Assembly: GCA_023300665.1 (NCBI GenBank) | Contig: JALZUU010000374.1 | Coordinates: forward strand, 1 to 45,941 | DNA from: Saprospiraceae bacterium | GTDB taxonomy: Bacteria; Bacteroidota; Bacteroidia; Chitinophagales; Saprospiraceae | Direction of reading: 5' to 3' | Length of the DNA: 45,941 nucleotides | In this document: positions 7,938-17,581 of the stretch, piece after piece | Position numbering within the stretch: the stretch's first letter is position 1 | How the letters are laid out: each line of letters opens with the position of its first letter | The notes under the pieces: generated by a model | The model's database searches: none | The model's input: only the letters and a program-made list of their open reading frames with translations | Told to the model about the DNA's origin: nothing | Position numbers and translations under genes: made by a program

Positions 7938-7987
7938 AAAGTAAAAATTATTATTTCGTTTATAACGACTATTTATAAATATTGAAT

Positions 7988-9292
7988 ATGGGTTTATTAG
8001 ATTTTGTCAAAAAAGTTGAGCCGGATAAGAAAAAGAGTCCTTTCCTACACACATTGTACGATGGTTTCTTTACTTTTTTATATTCTCCGGATCACGTCAC
8101 CAAGAGTGGAACACACATCAAGGATGGAATGGATTTGAAGCGTACGATGGTGATGGTCGTACTTGCTATGCAATTCTGCTATATCTTTGGTTCTTATAAT
8201 ATTGGTCACCAACACTTTGTAGCGTTGGGACAACATGTAGGTTTCATTGAAGGATTTCACCTGAAATTAGCTTACGGTTTGATGCAAATTATTCCAATTT
8301 TTATCGTCACACACATTGTGGGACTGGGAGTGGAATTTTATTATGCTGCTAAAAAAGGCCACGGAATTGAAGAAGGATTTCTTGTTTCGGGTGCTTTGAT
8401 TCCTTTACTTATGCCACCAGACATTTCTTTATGGATTTTAGGTTTAGCTGTATTCTTTGCAGTGGTAATCGGTAAAGAAGCCTTCGGTGGAACAGGAATG
8501 AATATCTTAAACGTTGCACTACTTGCGCGTGTATTTATCTTCTTTGCTTATCCAACAACCATCTCTGGAGACGAAGTATGGGTAGCTGGTTTGGTAAAAG
8601 ATGCAGACGGTCTTTGGACTGCTAGTTATAACTGGTTCCATACTGGATTCTTTAATGGAATATTTGAATCGATGGGCTGGGATACCTTTAAACCCGGTCT
8701 TGCAATGGCAGATGGATATACTGCTGCAACTCCTCTAAGCTTAGCTTTCCAAGGTGGTTGGGAGAACGTAACTTCTGTTTATTCACCAGGTCAGATGTGG
8801 TGGGGAGCAATTCCTGGTTCTATTGGGGAAAGCTGTAAGCCACTAATTATTCTTGGTGCTATTATCTTATTGGTTACTGGAATCGGTAGCTGGAGAATCA
8901 TGTTGAGCGTAGTAATCGGTGCAGCATTTACAGGATATTTAATGAATATGTGGGGCGCTATTCCTTTTATGAATGTTCCATGGTATTACCAATTCTCAAT
9001 GGGATCTTTATTATTTGCTTTGGTATTCATGGCCACCGATCCGGTGACTGCTACGTCTACTAATACAGGTAAATTATTATACGGTTTTGGAATCGGAATG
9101 ATCGGAATGATCGTTCGTGTACTAAACCCTGCATATCCTGAAGGTTGGATGTTGGCAATTTTGTTTATGAACGTTTTTGCTCCACTGATCGATCATTATG
9201 TGTTAGAAGCAAATGTACGTCGTCGTCTGAAAAGAACTACGGTTGTAAAGCGCGTGAAAACAGAAGAAACCGCAGCACACGGAGCACATTAA
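7988..9292 (+). CDS. nqrB: Na+-NQR subunit B
   Basis: Polytopic protein. FMATDPVTATST is the covalent-FMN threonine motif of NqrB/RnfD. The ATG at 7988 is preferred over the TTG at 7982 used by the ORF track. Confidence 0.93.
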   Translation: MGLLDFVKKVEPDKKKSPFLHTLYDGFFTFLYSPDHVTKSGTHIKDGMDLKRTMVMVVLAMQFCYIFGSYNIGHQHFVALGQHVGFIEGFHLKLAYGLMQIIPIFIVTHIVGLGVEFYYAAKKGHGIEEGFLVSGALIPLLMPPDISLWILGLAVFFAVVIGKEAFGGTGMNILNVALLARVFIFFAYPTTISGDEVWVAGLVKDADGLWTASYNWFHTGFFNGIFESMGWDTFKPGLAMADGYTAATPLSLAFQGGWENVTSVYSPGQMWWGAIPGSIGESCKPLIILGAIILLVTGIGSWRIMLSVVIGAAFTGYLMNMWGAIPFMNVPWYYQFSMGSLLFALVFMATDPVTATSTNTGKLLYGFGIGMIGMIVRVLNPAYPEGWMLAILFMNVFAPLIDHYVLEANVRRRLKRTTVVKRVKTEETAAHGAH

Positions 9293-9335
9293 ATTTAGCA
9301 AAAGGAATAAAAATTATCATTTAAATAAATAAACG

Positions 9336-10100
9336 ATGGATAGTACTAGTAGTGTAATTCGATTCGTAGTAATAATGACTGCAGGCGTAGCTTTAACGTT
9401 GGCGCTGCTATCAACTTCTTGGGGTGGACAGATTAAAGCAAACGAAGCAATCTTTAACAAGCGCGCTATTTTAGGAGCCGTTAGTGATTATCTAACACAG
9501 GATCCTAAAGTGATGACAGATGGCGAAATAGAAGCCCTCTTTGCCTCTAAAGTGGAGCAGATCGCTCTTGATATAAGCGGTACTGTTTTGAAAGAAGCGG
9601 ATATTGTGAATGCTGGTTATAAAGGTGGAAAGCCAGAGAATATTGATATGGCTAAAGAAAAGAAAAAGCCAGAAGATGAGCGGATTTTTCCATTATATGT
9701 TTTTAATGGTGAAAAAGGAAAAAGTTTTATTCTTTCTATTCGAGGTAATGGTCTATGGGATGAAATTTGGGGGAATATTGCTTTAAAGGATGACCTTACT
9801 ACTATCGTAGGTGCTACTTTTGACCACAAAGGAGAAACACCAGGTTTAGGTGCTGAAATCAAAGACAATCCTACTTTTCCTAGTCGATTCAAGGGAAAGA
9901 AGATTTTTGATGATGCAGGAGTTTATACTTCTGTAGAAGTTAAAAAAATAGGCGGTACTGCTAATAACCCTTACGCAGTAGATGGTATTTCTGGTGCAAC
10001 AGTTACAGCGGATGGTGTAACTGAAATGCTAGAAAGATGTATCAAATATTACTTGCCTTATTTAAACAAACAGGCAGGAGCAAAAAAGACTAAAGGATAA
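9336..10100 (+). CDS. nqrC: Na+-NQR subunit C
   Basis: Single N-terminal TM helix. GETPGLGA and DGISGATVTADGV form the FMN-binding SGAT motif. Confidence 0.92.
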   Translation: MDSTSSVIRFVVIMTAGVALTLALLSTSWGGQIKANEAIFNKRAILGAVSDYLTQDPKVMTDGEIEALFASKVEQIALDISGTVLKEADIVNAGYKGGKPENIDMAKEKKKPEDERIFPLYVFNGEKGKSFILSIRGNGLWDEIWGNIALKDDLTTIVGATFDHKGETPGLGAEIKDNPTFPSRFKGKKIFDDAGVYTSVEVKKIGGTANNPYAVDGISGATVTADGVTEMLERCIKYYLPYLNKQAGAKKTKG

Positions 10101-10149
10101 TATCTTTTAGAATTCTCAAAAAATTGATAAAAATTTAATCTAATATAAA

Positions 10150-10893
10150 ATGGCTGAAACAACTGCAACGACCGAAGTAACAGTAAAGGAAAAAGAGCCT
10201 TTATTTGGAAAAGCGGAAAAGAAATTATTACTAGATCCACTAGGGGATACTAACCCAATTACAATTCAGGTACTTGGTATCTGTTCTGCTTTGGCAGTAA
10301 CCTCTTTAGTTTACCCATCAGTAGTTATGGCCATTGCGGTGGTCTTTGTATGTGGTTTTTCTAGTTTATTTACTTCCTTAGTAAGAAATAAAATTCCTAA
10401 GCAGGTTCGAATGATTGTCCAATTGGTCATCATCGCAACACTGGTAACCATCGTGGAGCTTACGCTAAAACGATTTAACTATCCGATCTATAAGCAACTA
10501 TCTGTTTATATCGGATTGATTATTACGAACTGTATTGTAATGGGACGATTAGAAGCATACGCAATGGCGAATCGCCCATGGAGAGCTTTTGTGGATGGTC
10601 TTGGTAACGGAGTAGGTTACGGAGTGATCTTGATTATGGTCGCAGTAATCCGTGAGATTTTTGGTAAAGGGACCTTGTTCGCAGGTAGTCCAATTCAAAT
10701 CAATATTATCGGGGCAAGTAACAACGAAGTGGGATACTTAATCAATACGGCTGCTGAAAGTGGTTTCGGTTCTTTATTCGCTGGATATACCAACAATAAC
10801 CTGATGGTACTCCCCGCCGCCGCGATGTTTATCATCGGCGTTATGATCTGGATACAACGATCTTACCGACCAACACTTGTCGACGTTTCGTAA
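10150..10893 (+). CDS. nqrD: Na+-NQR subunit D
   Basis: NPITIQVLGICSALAVT and ITNCIVMGRLEA are typical of the NqrD/RnfE family. Confidence 0.92.
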   Translation: MAETTATTEVTVKEKEPLFGKAEKKLLLDPLGDTNPITIQVLGICSALAVTSLVYPSVVMAIAVVFVCGFSSLFTSLVRNKIPKQVRMIVQLVIIATLVTIVELTLKRFNYPIYKQLSVYIGLIITNCIVMGRLEAYAMANRPWRAFVDGLGNGVGYGVILIMVAVIREIFGKGTLFAGSPIQINIIGASNNEVGYLINTAAESGFGSLFAGYTNNNLMVLPAAAMFIIGVMIWIQRSYRPTLVDVS

Positions 10894-10972
10894 GAAAAAG
10901 ATTGGTACTCAACTTAAACAAAAAATGTTCACCAGCCAGCAGAAAATCGTTGTTGGCTAATAGTTTAAAAAA

Positions 10973-11584
10973 ATGGAATTATTCAATATTTTTATCAAAG
11001 CTGCTTTTATCGAAAATCTTGTATTAGCATACTTCTTAGGAATGTGTTCTTACTTGGCCGTTTCTAAAACAGTAACTACTGCTTTTGGTCTTGGACTTGC
11101 AGTAATATTTGTACTTGGTATCACCATGCCGATCAACTGGTTGATCAGTGAATTATTACTAAGTGAAAATGGAATTTTTGGAATGGATCTTACTTTCTTA
11201 CGTTTTATTCTCTTTATTGCCGTAATTGCCTCAATGGTACAGTTGGTAGAGATGATCGTAGAAAAAGTTTCTCCAGCATTATATACTTCTTTAGGTATCT
11301 TTTTACCATTGATCACCGTGAACTGTGCGATTCTTGGTGGATCTTTATTCATGGTTGCCCGTGAGTATAGCTTTACAGAATCTATCGCTTTTGGTTTAGG
11401 TGGAGGATTTGGTTGGTTTTTAGCGATCATCGCAATTGCTGCCATCCGTGAAAAAATCAGATACTCAAATGTACCACCTGCACTACGTGGATTGGGAATG
11501 GCATTTATTTTAACAGGACTGATGGGAATTGCCTTTATGTCCTTGATGGGAATTGATCCTGCAGCCTTAACTGCTGGAAACTAG
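10973..11584 (+). CDS. nqrE: Na+-NQR subunit E
   Basis: ENLVLAYFLGMCSYLAVS and LPLITVNCAILGG are typical of the NqrE/RnfA family. Confidence 0.92.
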   Translation: MELFNIFIKAAFIENLVLAYFLGMCSYLAVSKTVTTAFGLGLAVIFVLGITMPINWLISELLLSENGIFGMDLTFLRFILFIAVIASMVQLVEMIVEKVSPALYTSLGIFLPLITVNCAILGGSLFMVAREYSFTESIAFGLGGGFGWFLAIIAIAAIREKIRYSNVPPALRGLGMAFILTGLMGIAFMSLMGIDPAALTAGN

Positions 11585-11802
11585 AGAATATTCAATATTG
11601 ATTTTCCATAATACGGTAAGATTGGTGTAAAAAAAATCGATCTCAGACCTGTTCAATAGAAAAATTAAACTGATTGATGAAAAATACGTTAGTTAAATAA
11701 GCAAGTTAAAACTATGTTGAAATATTAAATCGCTGTTCTAATAGTAAGTATACGCATTAGCACTCAACGATTCAATAATTCAACAATTCAACAACAATAT
11801 AT

Positions 11803-13065
11803 ATGATACTTTTATTTGAATTTGGATTAATCATCGCAGCCGTAGCCATCTTTACAGCGGTTATTCTGGCACTGTCGTTTATGTTGATCTACGCACGTAA
11901 GCAGTTAATTCCTCAAGGTGATGTAAAAATTATCGTGAACGGAGATACGGAAAATCCTATGCTAGTAAAGCCAGGTGTTTCGTTGTTGACTGCGTTATCA
12001 GATAGTAATATTTTTCTACCTTCTGCTTGTGGAGGTGGAGGAACTTGTGCGATGTGTGAATGTCATATCGACGCTGGAGGAGGAGATGTACTGCCGACAG
12101 AATTGAATCACCTTACTCGTAGAGAAGTAGCTGAAAATATGCGACTTGCTTGCCAAGTAAAAGTTCGTTCTGATATGGATATCCGAATCCCGGAAGAAAT
12201 TTTTGGTATCAAAAAATGGGATTGCCGAGTTAAGTCTAACGACGGTGTTGCTACCTTTATTAAAGAATTTGTAGTACAACTTCCAGAAGGAGAAACACTT
12301 GATTTCGAATCAGGTGGATATGTTCAAATTGATGTTCCTAAAATTACTTGTTACTTCAAAGGAATGGATATTGAAGAGGAGTACCGAGGAGATTGGGATA
12401 AATTCAATATGTGGGATTTAGTAATGACCAATGATGAGCCACAATTCCGTGCTTACTCTATGGCCAATCACCCTGCGGAAGGAAATATCGTGATGCTAAA
12501 TATTCGTATCGCAACACCACCATGGGATCGAAAGACAAATGGTTTCTTACCAGTAAATCCAGGTGTTTGTTCTTCATACGTATTCTCTCGTAACCCTGGA
12601 GATCGTGTTACGATCTCTGGACCTTATGGTGAATTCTTTATCAAGCCAACTAAAAAAGAAATGGTTTATATCGGTGGTGGAGCTGGAATGGCACCTTTAC
12701 GGTCGCATATCTTCCACTTATTCCACACCCTAAAAACCAAAGATCGAAAAGTATCTTACTGGTATGGTGGACGATCTTTAAGAGAATTATTCTATACAGA
12801 AGATTTCCGTGGAATCGAAAAAGAGTATGATAATTTCAAATACAATATCGCACTCTCTGATGCCATGGAAGAAGATAACTGGGAAGGATATACTGGATAT
12901 ATTCACCAAGTAGTTTTAGATAATTACCTAAAGAATCACGAAGAGCCAGAAGAGATAGAATACTACTTATGTGGACCTCCACTCATGTTATCTGCTGTTA
13001 TGAAAATGCTAGATGAGTTAGGAGTGCCAGAAGAGAATATTGCTTTTGATGATTTTGGTAGCTAA
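11803..13065 (+). CDS. nqrF: Na+-NQR subunit F (2Fe-2S ferredoxin / FAD / NADH domains)
   Basis: N-terminal TM anchor, the 2Fe-2S motif [12 protein letters not shown]...C, the FAD motif RAYSMAN, and the NADH-binding GGGAGMAP. Confidence 0.95.
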   Translation: MILLFEFGLIIAAVAIFTAVILALSFMLIYARKQLIPQGDVKIIVNGDTENPMLVKPGVSLLTALSDSNIFLPSACGGGGTCAMCECHIDAGGGDVLPTELNHLTRREVAENMRLACQVKVRSDMDIRIPEEIFGIKKWDCRVKSNDGVATFIKEFVVQLPEGETLDFESGGYVQIDVPKITCYFKGMDIEEEYRGDWDKFNMWDLVMTNDEPQFRAYSMANHPAEGNIVMLNIRIATPPWDRKTNGFLPVNPGVCSSYVFSRNPGDRVTISGPYGEFFIKPTKKEMVYIGGGAGMAPLRSHIFHLFHTLKTKDRKVSYWYGGRSLRELFYTEDFRGIEKEYDNFKYNIALSDAMEEDNWEGYTGYIHQVVLDNYLKNHEEPEEIEYYLCGPPLMLSAVMKMLDELGVPEENIAFDDFGS

Positions 13066-13083
13066 AACCAATGATTCTTAAAG

Positions 13084-13123
13084 GAAATGCCGAAGTGTCG
13101 AAAGATGCTTCGGCATTTTTTTT
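13084..13123 (+). terminator. Rho-independent terminator of the nqr operon
   Basis: AAATGCCGAAG-N12-CTTCGGCATTT is a perfect 11-bp stem running into a T-tract that ends at 13123. Confidence 0.85.
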
Positions 13124-13263
13124 TGAAATTAGGACACTATTTTAAATAGTATTTCGAAAGACAAAAAACCTATCTATTTTGATTATGAGAATGGAGAATT
13201 TAGATTTTTCAATTGAATCCGTATCTTTACTGGAAATACTTTTTTCTAATAAACATACAAAAC

Positions 13264-15720
13264 ATGAAATTCCATCTTAAACTCTTGTGCTGTCTCTTTC
13301 TATCTTTTAGCCTATTTTCTAGTTGTGCTACACAAAAAAAAGCGACGGATAAAATGGCTGCTGCTAAACCAGGTAGTAAAAAGAAAGATAAAGACAAGAA
13401 GAAAAAATACAGTGATGTTATCACTAAAGACGCAATTACGGACGAAGGTTTATTTACCGTTCACAAAGTAGATGATAAATACTATTTTGAATTACCATTT
13501 GATGTACTAGATGAAGAAATTCTGGTAGTTAGTCGGATTTCCGGCCACGTAAAAGGATTAAATTTTGGTGGAGCTGGAATGAAATCTCGACCACAACAAG
13601 TAATTCGTTGGGAACGATTGGATAATAAAATTTTACTCCGTTCAGTAAGTTATAATAGCACGGCTACTTTTGAAGAACCGATTTATCAATCTTTACGACA
13701 AAATAATTTTGAGCCTATTATTATGGCATTTGATATAGCTACGACAAACGATGACTCTTCTGCAGTGGTTATCAATGTAGATCCACTTTTTACCAAAGAT
13801 ATTGCTATGATCGGTGCCTTGCCTGCCAGAGACCGAAAAAGATTTGAAATTGGTGGATTAGATGCAAAACGTAGCTTAATCAGTGGTATCAAAAGCTTTC
13901 CAGAAAACGTAGAGGTTCGTCATATTCTTACTTATAAAGGAAAAAAATTACCTGACAACCAAATCACTGGAACCCTTTCGATAGAGATGAATCAGTCTTT
14001 TATTAAACTTCCAGAAGTACTCATGCAGCCACGTTATGCAGATGCTAGAGTTGGCTATTTTGGAATCTCACAAACAGATTATGGGGATGGTGATTATAAG
14101 GCAGATAATAAGCGATTTATTACCCGTTGGAAACTAGAACCAAAACCAGAAGATGCAGCAGCTTATGCAGCAGGTACCTTAGTAGAACCAGCAAAGCCGA
14201 TTGTCTATTATGTCGATCCAGCAATGCCTGAAGTTTGGCGAACGTATATCAAACAAGGAATCGAAGATTGGCAACCAGCCTTTGAAAAAGCAGGATTTAA
14301 AAATGCGATCATCGCTAAAGATCCTCCGTCAAAAGAAGAAGATCCAGATTGGAGTCCAGAGGATGTACGTTACTCCGTTATTCGTTATATCACCACAGAA
14401 ATTCAAAATGCACAAGGTCCGCACGTACATGATCCGCGTACAGGAGAAATTTTAGAAAGTGATATTCTTTGGTATCATAACATCATGAAGCTATTACGCA
14501 ACTGGTATTTAACTCAAGGAGCAGCGGTTGATCCAAATGCTCGTAAAGTTAAATTTAGCCGAGAACTAATGGGAGAGTTGATTCGATTCGTTGCTGCTCA
14601 CGAAGTAGGACACACACTTGGACTACCACATAACATGGGATCTAGTGTAGCTTATCCGGTAGATTCTTTACGGTCACCTACTTTTACAGCAACCCACGGA
14701 ACCGCTCCTTCAATTATGGATTATGCGCGTTTTAATCATATCGCTCAGCCAGGAGATGGAGTGACTAATTTATTTCCAAGAGTAGGAGAGTATGATGATT
14801 GGTCAATTATGTATGGGTATAAATTAATTCCAAATGCTAGCTCAGCAGAAGCGGAAAGAGCAACACTCAATGGATGGATTAAAGAAAGAGCAGATGATCC
14901 TGCAATGCGTTTTGGTCGTCAAACTAGGGACCCTGCAGATCCTACCGCTCAGACGGAAGACTTAGGAGATGATCCAGTAAAATCAGCTACCTATGGAACC
15001 AATAATCTAAAACTAATGGTCCCACAACTGGTTTCTTGGATGAAAGAAGATGGAGAAGATTATGAGGAATTAGAAGAAGTATATGATGCGGTTTATGGTC
15101 AATTAGGAAAATATCTTCGTCATGTAGCTACTACAGTTGGAGGCATTTATAATTACCAAAAAACGGGAGATGAAGAAGGAGTGATCTACACTCCAGTAGA
15201 AAAGAGTAAGCAAGAGGCAGCTATGCAATATCTAAATGCTAATATTTTTGAAACACCAAAATGGTTGTTGGATAATAATATACTTCAACGAATCGAGTCT
15301 GATGGTGCAACTCAACGGATGTTACGTCTTCAGTCCGGTGTGCTAAATCGTTTGTTAGTACCAGATAGATTAAATCGAATGGTCGAGTCTACGGCACTAC
15401 ATGGTGCTAACACTTACACGATAGTTGATTTATTTGGTGATCTTAAAGATGGAATATGGAACAATGATGGAGGAGATCTTTATCAACGAAATTTACAAAG
15501 AGCATTTGTAGATAAGATGGGCGAAGTGTTGGCAAGTAAAAGCAATGAAATAGATCAGACCGATATTCGTGCTGTTGCTTTTGGAACCCTCTCTGATATC
15601 AAAAAGTCAGTTAGTTCTCGAGCCAGTGGTAATGGAATTTCTAGTTACCATTATCAAGATATTAACAATCGTATCCAGCAGATTTTAGATGGCAAATATG
15701 AACTGCCTAAAAAGAGATAA
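13264..15720 (+). CDS. Zinc-dependent metalloprotease lipoprotein (HExxH; DUF5117/DUF4953-type)
   Basis: Starting at ATG 13264 gives MKFHLKLLCCLFLSFSLFSSC, a lipoprotein signal. A Lys-rich linker follows. The active-site motif is AAHEVGHTLGLPHNM. The TTG start at 13213 in the ORF track was not used. Confidence 0.85.
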   Translation: MKFHLKLLCCLFLSFSLFSSCATQKKATDKMAAAKPGSKKKDKDKKKKYSDVITKDAITDEGLFTVHKVDDKYYFELPFDVLDEEILVVSRISGHVKGLNFGGAGMKSRPQQVIRWERLDNKILLRSVSYNSTATFEEPIYQSLRQNNFEPIIMAFDIATTNDDSSAVVINVDPLFTKDIAMIGALPARDRKRFEIGGLDAKRSLISGIKSFPENVEVRHILTYKGKKLPDNQITGTLSIEMNQSFIKLPEVLMQPRYADARVGYFGISQTDYGDGDYKADNKRFITRWKLEPKPEDAAAYAAGTLVEPAKPIVYYVDPAMPEVWRTYIKQGIEDWQPAFEKAGFKNAIIAKDPPSKEEDPDWSPEDVRYSVIRYITTEIQNAQGPHVHDPRTGEILESDILWYHNIMKLLRNWYLTQGAAVDPNARKVKFSRELMGELIRFVAAHEVGHTLGLPHNMGSSVAYPVDSLRSPTFTATHGTAPSIMDYARFNHIAQPGDGVTNLFPRVGEYDDWSIMYGYKLIPNASSAEAERATLNGWIKERADDPAMRFGRQTRDPADPTAQTEDLGDDPVKSATYGTNNLKLMVPQLVSWMKEDGEDYEELEEVYDAVYGQLGKYLRHVATTVGGIYNYQKTGDEEGVIYTPVEKSKQEAAMQYLNANIFETPKWLLDNNILQRIESDGATQRMLRLQSGVLNRLLVPDRLNRMVESTALHGANTYTIVDLFGDLKDGIWNNDGGDLYQRNLQRAFVDKMGEVLASKSNEIDQTDIRAVAFGTLSDIKKSVSSRASGNGISSYHYQDINNRIQQILDGKYELPKKR

Positions 15721-15737
15721 TCTGATTCATTAAAATT

Positions 15738-15781
15738 AAAAAGTCGTTGAAAGTATAGATTTACTTTCAACGACTTTTTTT
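15738..15781. terminator. Bidirectional rho-independent terminator between convergent genes
   Basis: GTCGTTGAAAGT-N8-ACTTTCAACGAC is a perfect 12-bp stem flanked by an A-run on the 5' side and a T-run on the 3' side. Confidence 0.8.
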
Positions 15782-15865
15782 ATCAAAAAAATAAAACTGT
15801 AAAATTTCAAATCCTATTCATGAACGCGTTAAAAGGGACATTATTAATTATTCATTACCTAATTA

Positions 15866-17581
15866 TTAATTATTCCCCTTTTCATACTTCACCGCTCCAC
15901 CTACGATCGTCATCATCACTTCTGTAGTTGGAATAGCATCAGCTGGACAGGTCAATAAATTATTAGACAAAATCACGATGTCTCCTAACTTTCCAATCTC
16001 TAGACTTCCTTTATCTTTTTCTTCAAAAGCAGCATAAGCGTTTCCTAAAGTATACGAATACAAAGCCTCTTCTCGCGTCATACTTTGTTCCGGAAAAAAT
16101 TCCATTCCTGTATCTTGTCGTTTTCTAGTAACAGAAGCATAAATACTTGCCAGTGCGCTGACATCTTCTACGGGAGCATCTGTACCATTGGCTACCACAA
16201 CCCCTGCATCTAACAAACTTCGCCAAGGATAAGCACCAAATTTCGAACGTTCTACTCCTAATCGACTGACGACAAAAGGAGCATCAGAAGTACAATGAAT
16301 ACCTTGCATAGAAGCAATCACTCCCATTTTTTTAAACCTTGGAATATCATTTGGATCGAGATGTTGTGCATGTTCAATTCTCCAACGCCATGCCTCTTTC
16401 TTAGGATGGTTGGGTAATAATTCTTCGAAAATATTTAGTACCTCTTGATTTGCGCGATCGCCGATCGCGTGTACACACAATTGTAGATCATGTTTTACAG
16501 CGAGGCTTGCAATGTTTTTTACTTCTTCAATGGTCGTAGTATTTTGCCCTGTAAAATTAGGCTTATCTGCATAGGGTCTAAGTAACCAAGCACCAAAAGA
16601 GCCGAGTGCACCGTCTACTTCTGTTTTGATCGCTCGGACACTAAAAAAATTATTTCCTGCATCTATGATCGGAAAATTGGATAGCTTTCCATTATTCATT
16701 TCTTTATAACTATGACGAACCATTGCCCAAAGCCGAAGGTCTAGTTCTCCTTTTTCAGCCATTTTTTTGTACCGTTCTATTTCAATAAAACTACTTCCTG
16801 CATCTTGAAAAGAAGTGATTCCTTTAGCGAGACATTCTTGTTCTGCCAGTGCGATACCTTCTTCCCACAATGCTAGTTTTTCCTCCTCAGGAATCTTAGT
16901 AAGATAATCTTGATAACTACCCGAAATTACTTTCATCGCGCGTTCTTCAAATACTCCGATGGCATTTCCATTACTATCTTTAATGATTTCTCCACCAACT
17001 GGATTAGGTGTTTCGGTGCTGACGCCAGCGGTTGCCATCGCTGCTTTATTTGCAAATAACGCATGGCCACTAGCGTGATATAAGATCACCGGATTATTGG
17101 GTGAAACAGCGGACAATTGATCGTGGAATGGATATCCATGAATTTGTTGATCAAGTTTAGTATCCCATTTTTCTTGATGCCAACCACGTCCTTCGATCCA
17201 GACACCGGGTTCGAGGGTAGCTGCTTTTGCTGCGACCTGATCGACGATTTCTTGCCAGTTTTTAGAAGCCAGAAAATTAAGATGGATGAGGCTTTTTCCA
17301 AGATTGCTAAAGTGACCATGTCCTTCAATAAATCCCGGCATGGCAAACTGACCATTGAGGTCAATGGCTTTTTTAGCGGAGGATTGATATTTTTCTACAA
17401 GTTCAGAACCACCAATGGCGGAGATTCGGCCATCCGATATTGCGAGCGCAGTAGCACTAGGTTGGTTTGTGTTAATGGTAGAAAAGTTTCCATTGTAAAG
17501 AAATAGGTCGACCTCAGAATTAGAACTGTCTTTACAACTAAAAATTAATAAGAAGATAAAAAGGTAGATTAAGTTTTTCAT
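15866..17581 (-). CDS. Amidohydrolase-family (Amidohydro_3 / YtcJ-like) metal-dependent hydrolase lipoprotein
   Basis: Lipobox LLIFSC. GFIEGHGHF is the metal-binding HxH. Also present are VHAIGDRA and NGTDAPVE, a conserved Asp near the C-terminus. Confidence 0.8.
   Translation of the reverse strand: MKNLIYLFIFLLIFSCKDSSNSEVDLFLYNGNFSTINTNQPSATALAISDGRISAIGGSELVEKYQSSAKKAIDLNGQFAMPGFIEGHGHFSNLGKSLIHLNFLASKNWQEIVDQVAAKAATLEPGVWIEGRGWHQEKWDTKLDQQIHGYPFHDQLSAVSPNNPVILYHASGHALFANKAAMATAGVSTETPNPVGGEIIKDSNGNAIGVFEERAMKVISGSYQDYLTKIPEEEKLALWEEGIALAEQECLAKGITSFQDAGSSFIEIERYKKMAEKGELDLRLWAMVRHSYKEMNNGKLSNFPIIDAGNNFFSVRAIKTEVDGALGSFGAWLLRPYADKPNFTGQNTTTIEEVKNIASLAVKHDLQLCVHAIGDRANQEVLNIFEELLPNHPKKEAWRWRIEHAQHLDPNDIPRFKKMGVIASMQGIHCTSDAPFVVSRLGVERSKFGAYPWRSLLDAGVVVANGTDAPVEDVSALASIYASVTRKRQDTGMEFFPEQSMTREEALYSYTLGNAYAAFEEKDKGSLEIGKLGDIVILSNNLLTCPADAIPTTEVMMTIVGGAVKYEKGNN

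Noticed and set aside
11050-11445. A 131-aa minus-strand ORF antisense to nqrE. Antisense or alternate-frame ORFs also lie inside nqrA (6617-6865), nqrB (8078-8260), nqrC (9617-9892), nqrF (12016-12279), the metalloprotease gene (13227-13424, 13686-13892, 14201-14455), fusA (24880-25104, 26047-26238), rpsG (24202-24417) and carA (44477-44815, 45046-45267).
   Set aside because: All are nested in confidently identified genes, have no family resemblance, and show composition typical of reverse-frame artefacts.
15840-15875. A 14-bp direct repeat ATTATTAATTATTC (15840-15853 and 15862-15875) spanning the amidohydrolase stop codon.
   Set aside because: It is pure A/T low-complexity sequence in an AT-rich spacer, so it is expected by chance and has no associated structure.
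17086-17506. ORFs 17086-17364 (-) and 17117-17506 (+) lie inside the amidohydrolase gene. ORFs 19935-20186 (+) and 20988-21173 (+) are antisense to the hybrid kinase gene. ORF 22346-22543 (-) lies inside the polyprenyl synthase gene, and 4327-4560 (+) lies inside the VIT protein gene.
   Set aside because: These are internal or antisense frames of longer, motif-bearing genes, and nothing independently supports them as coding.
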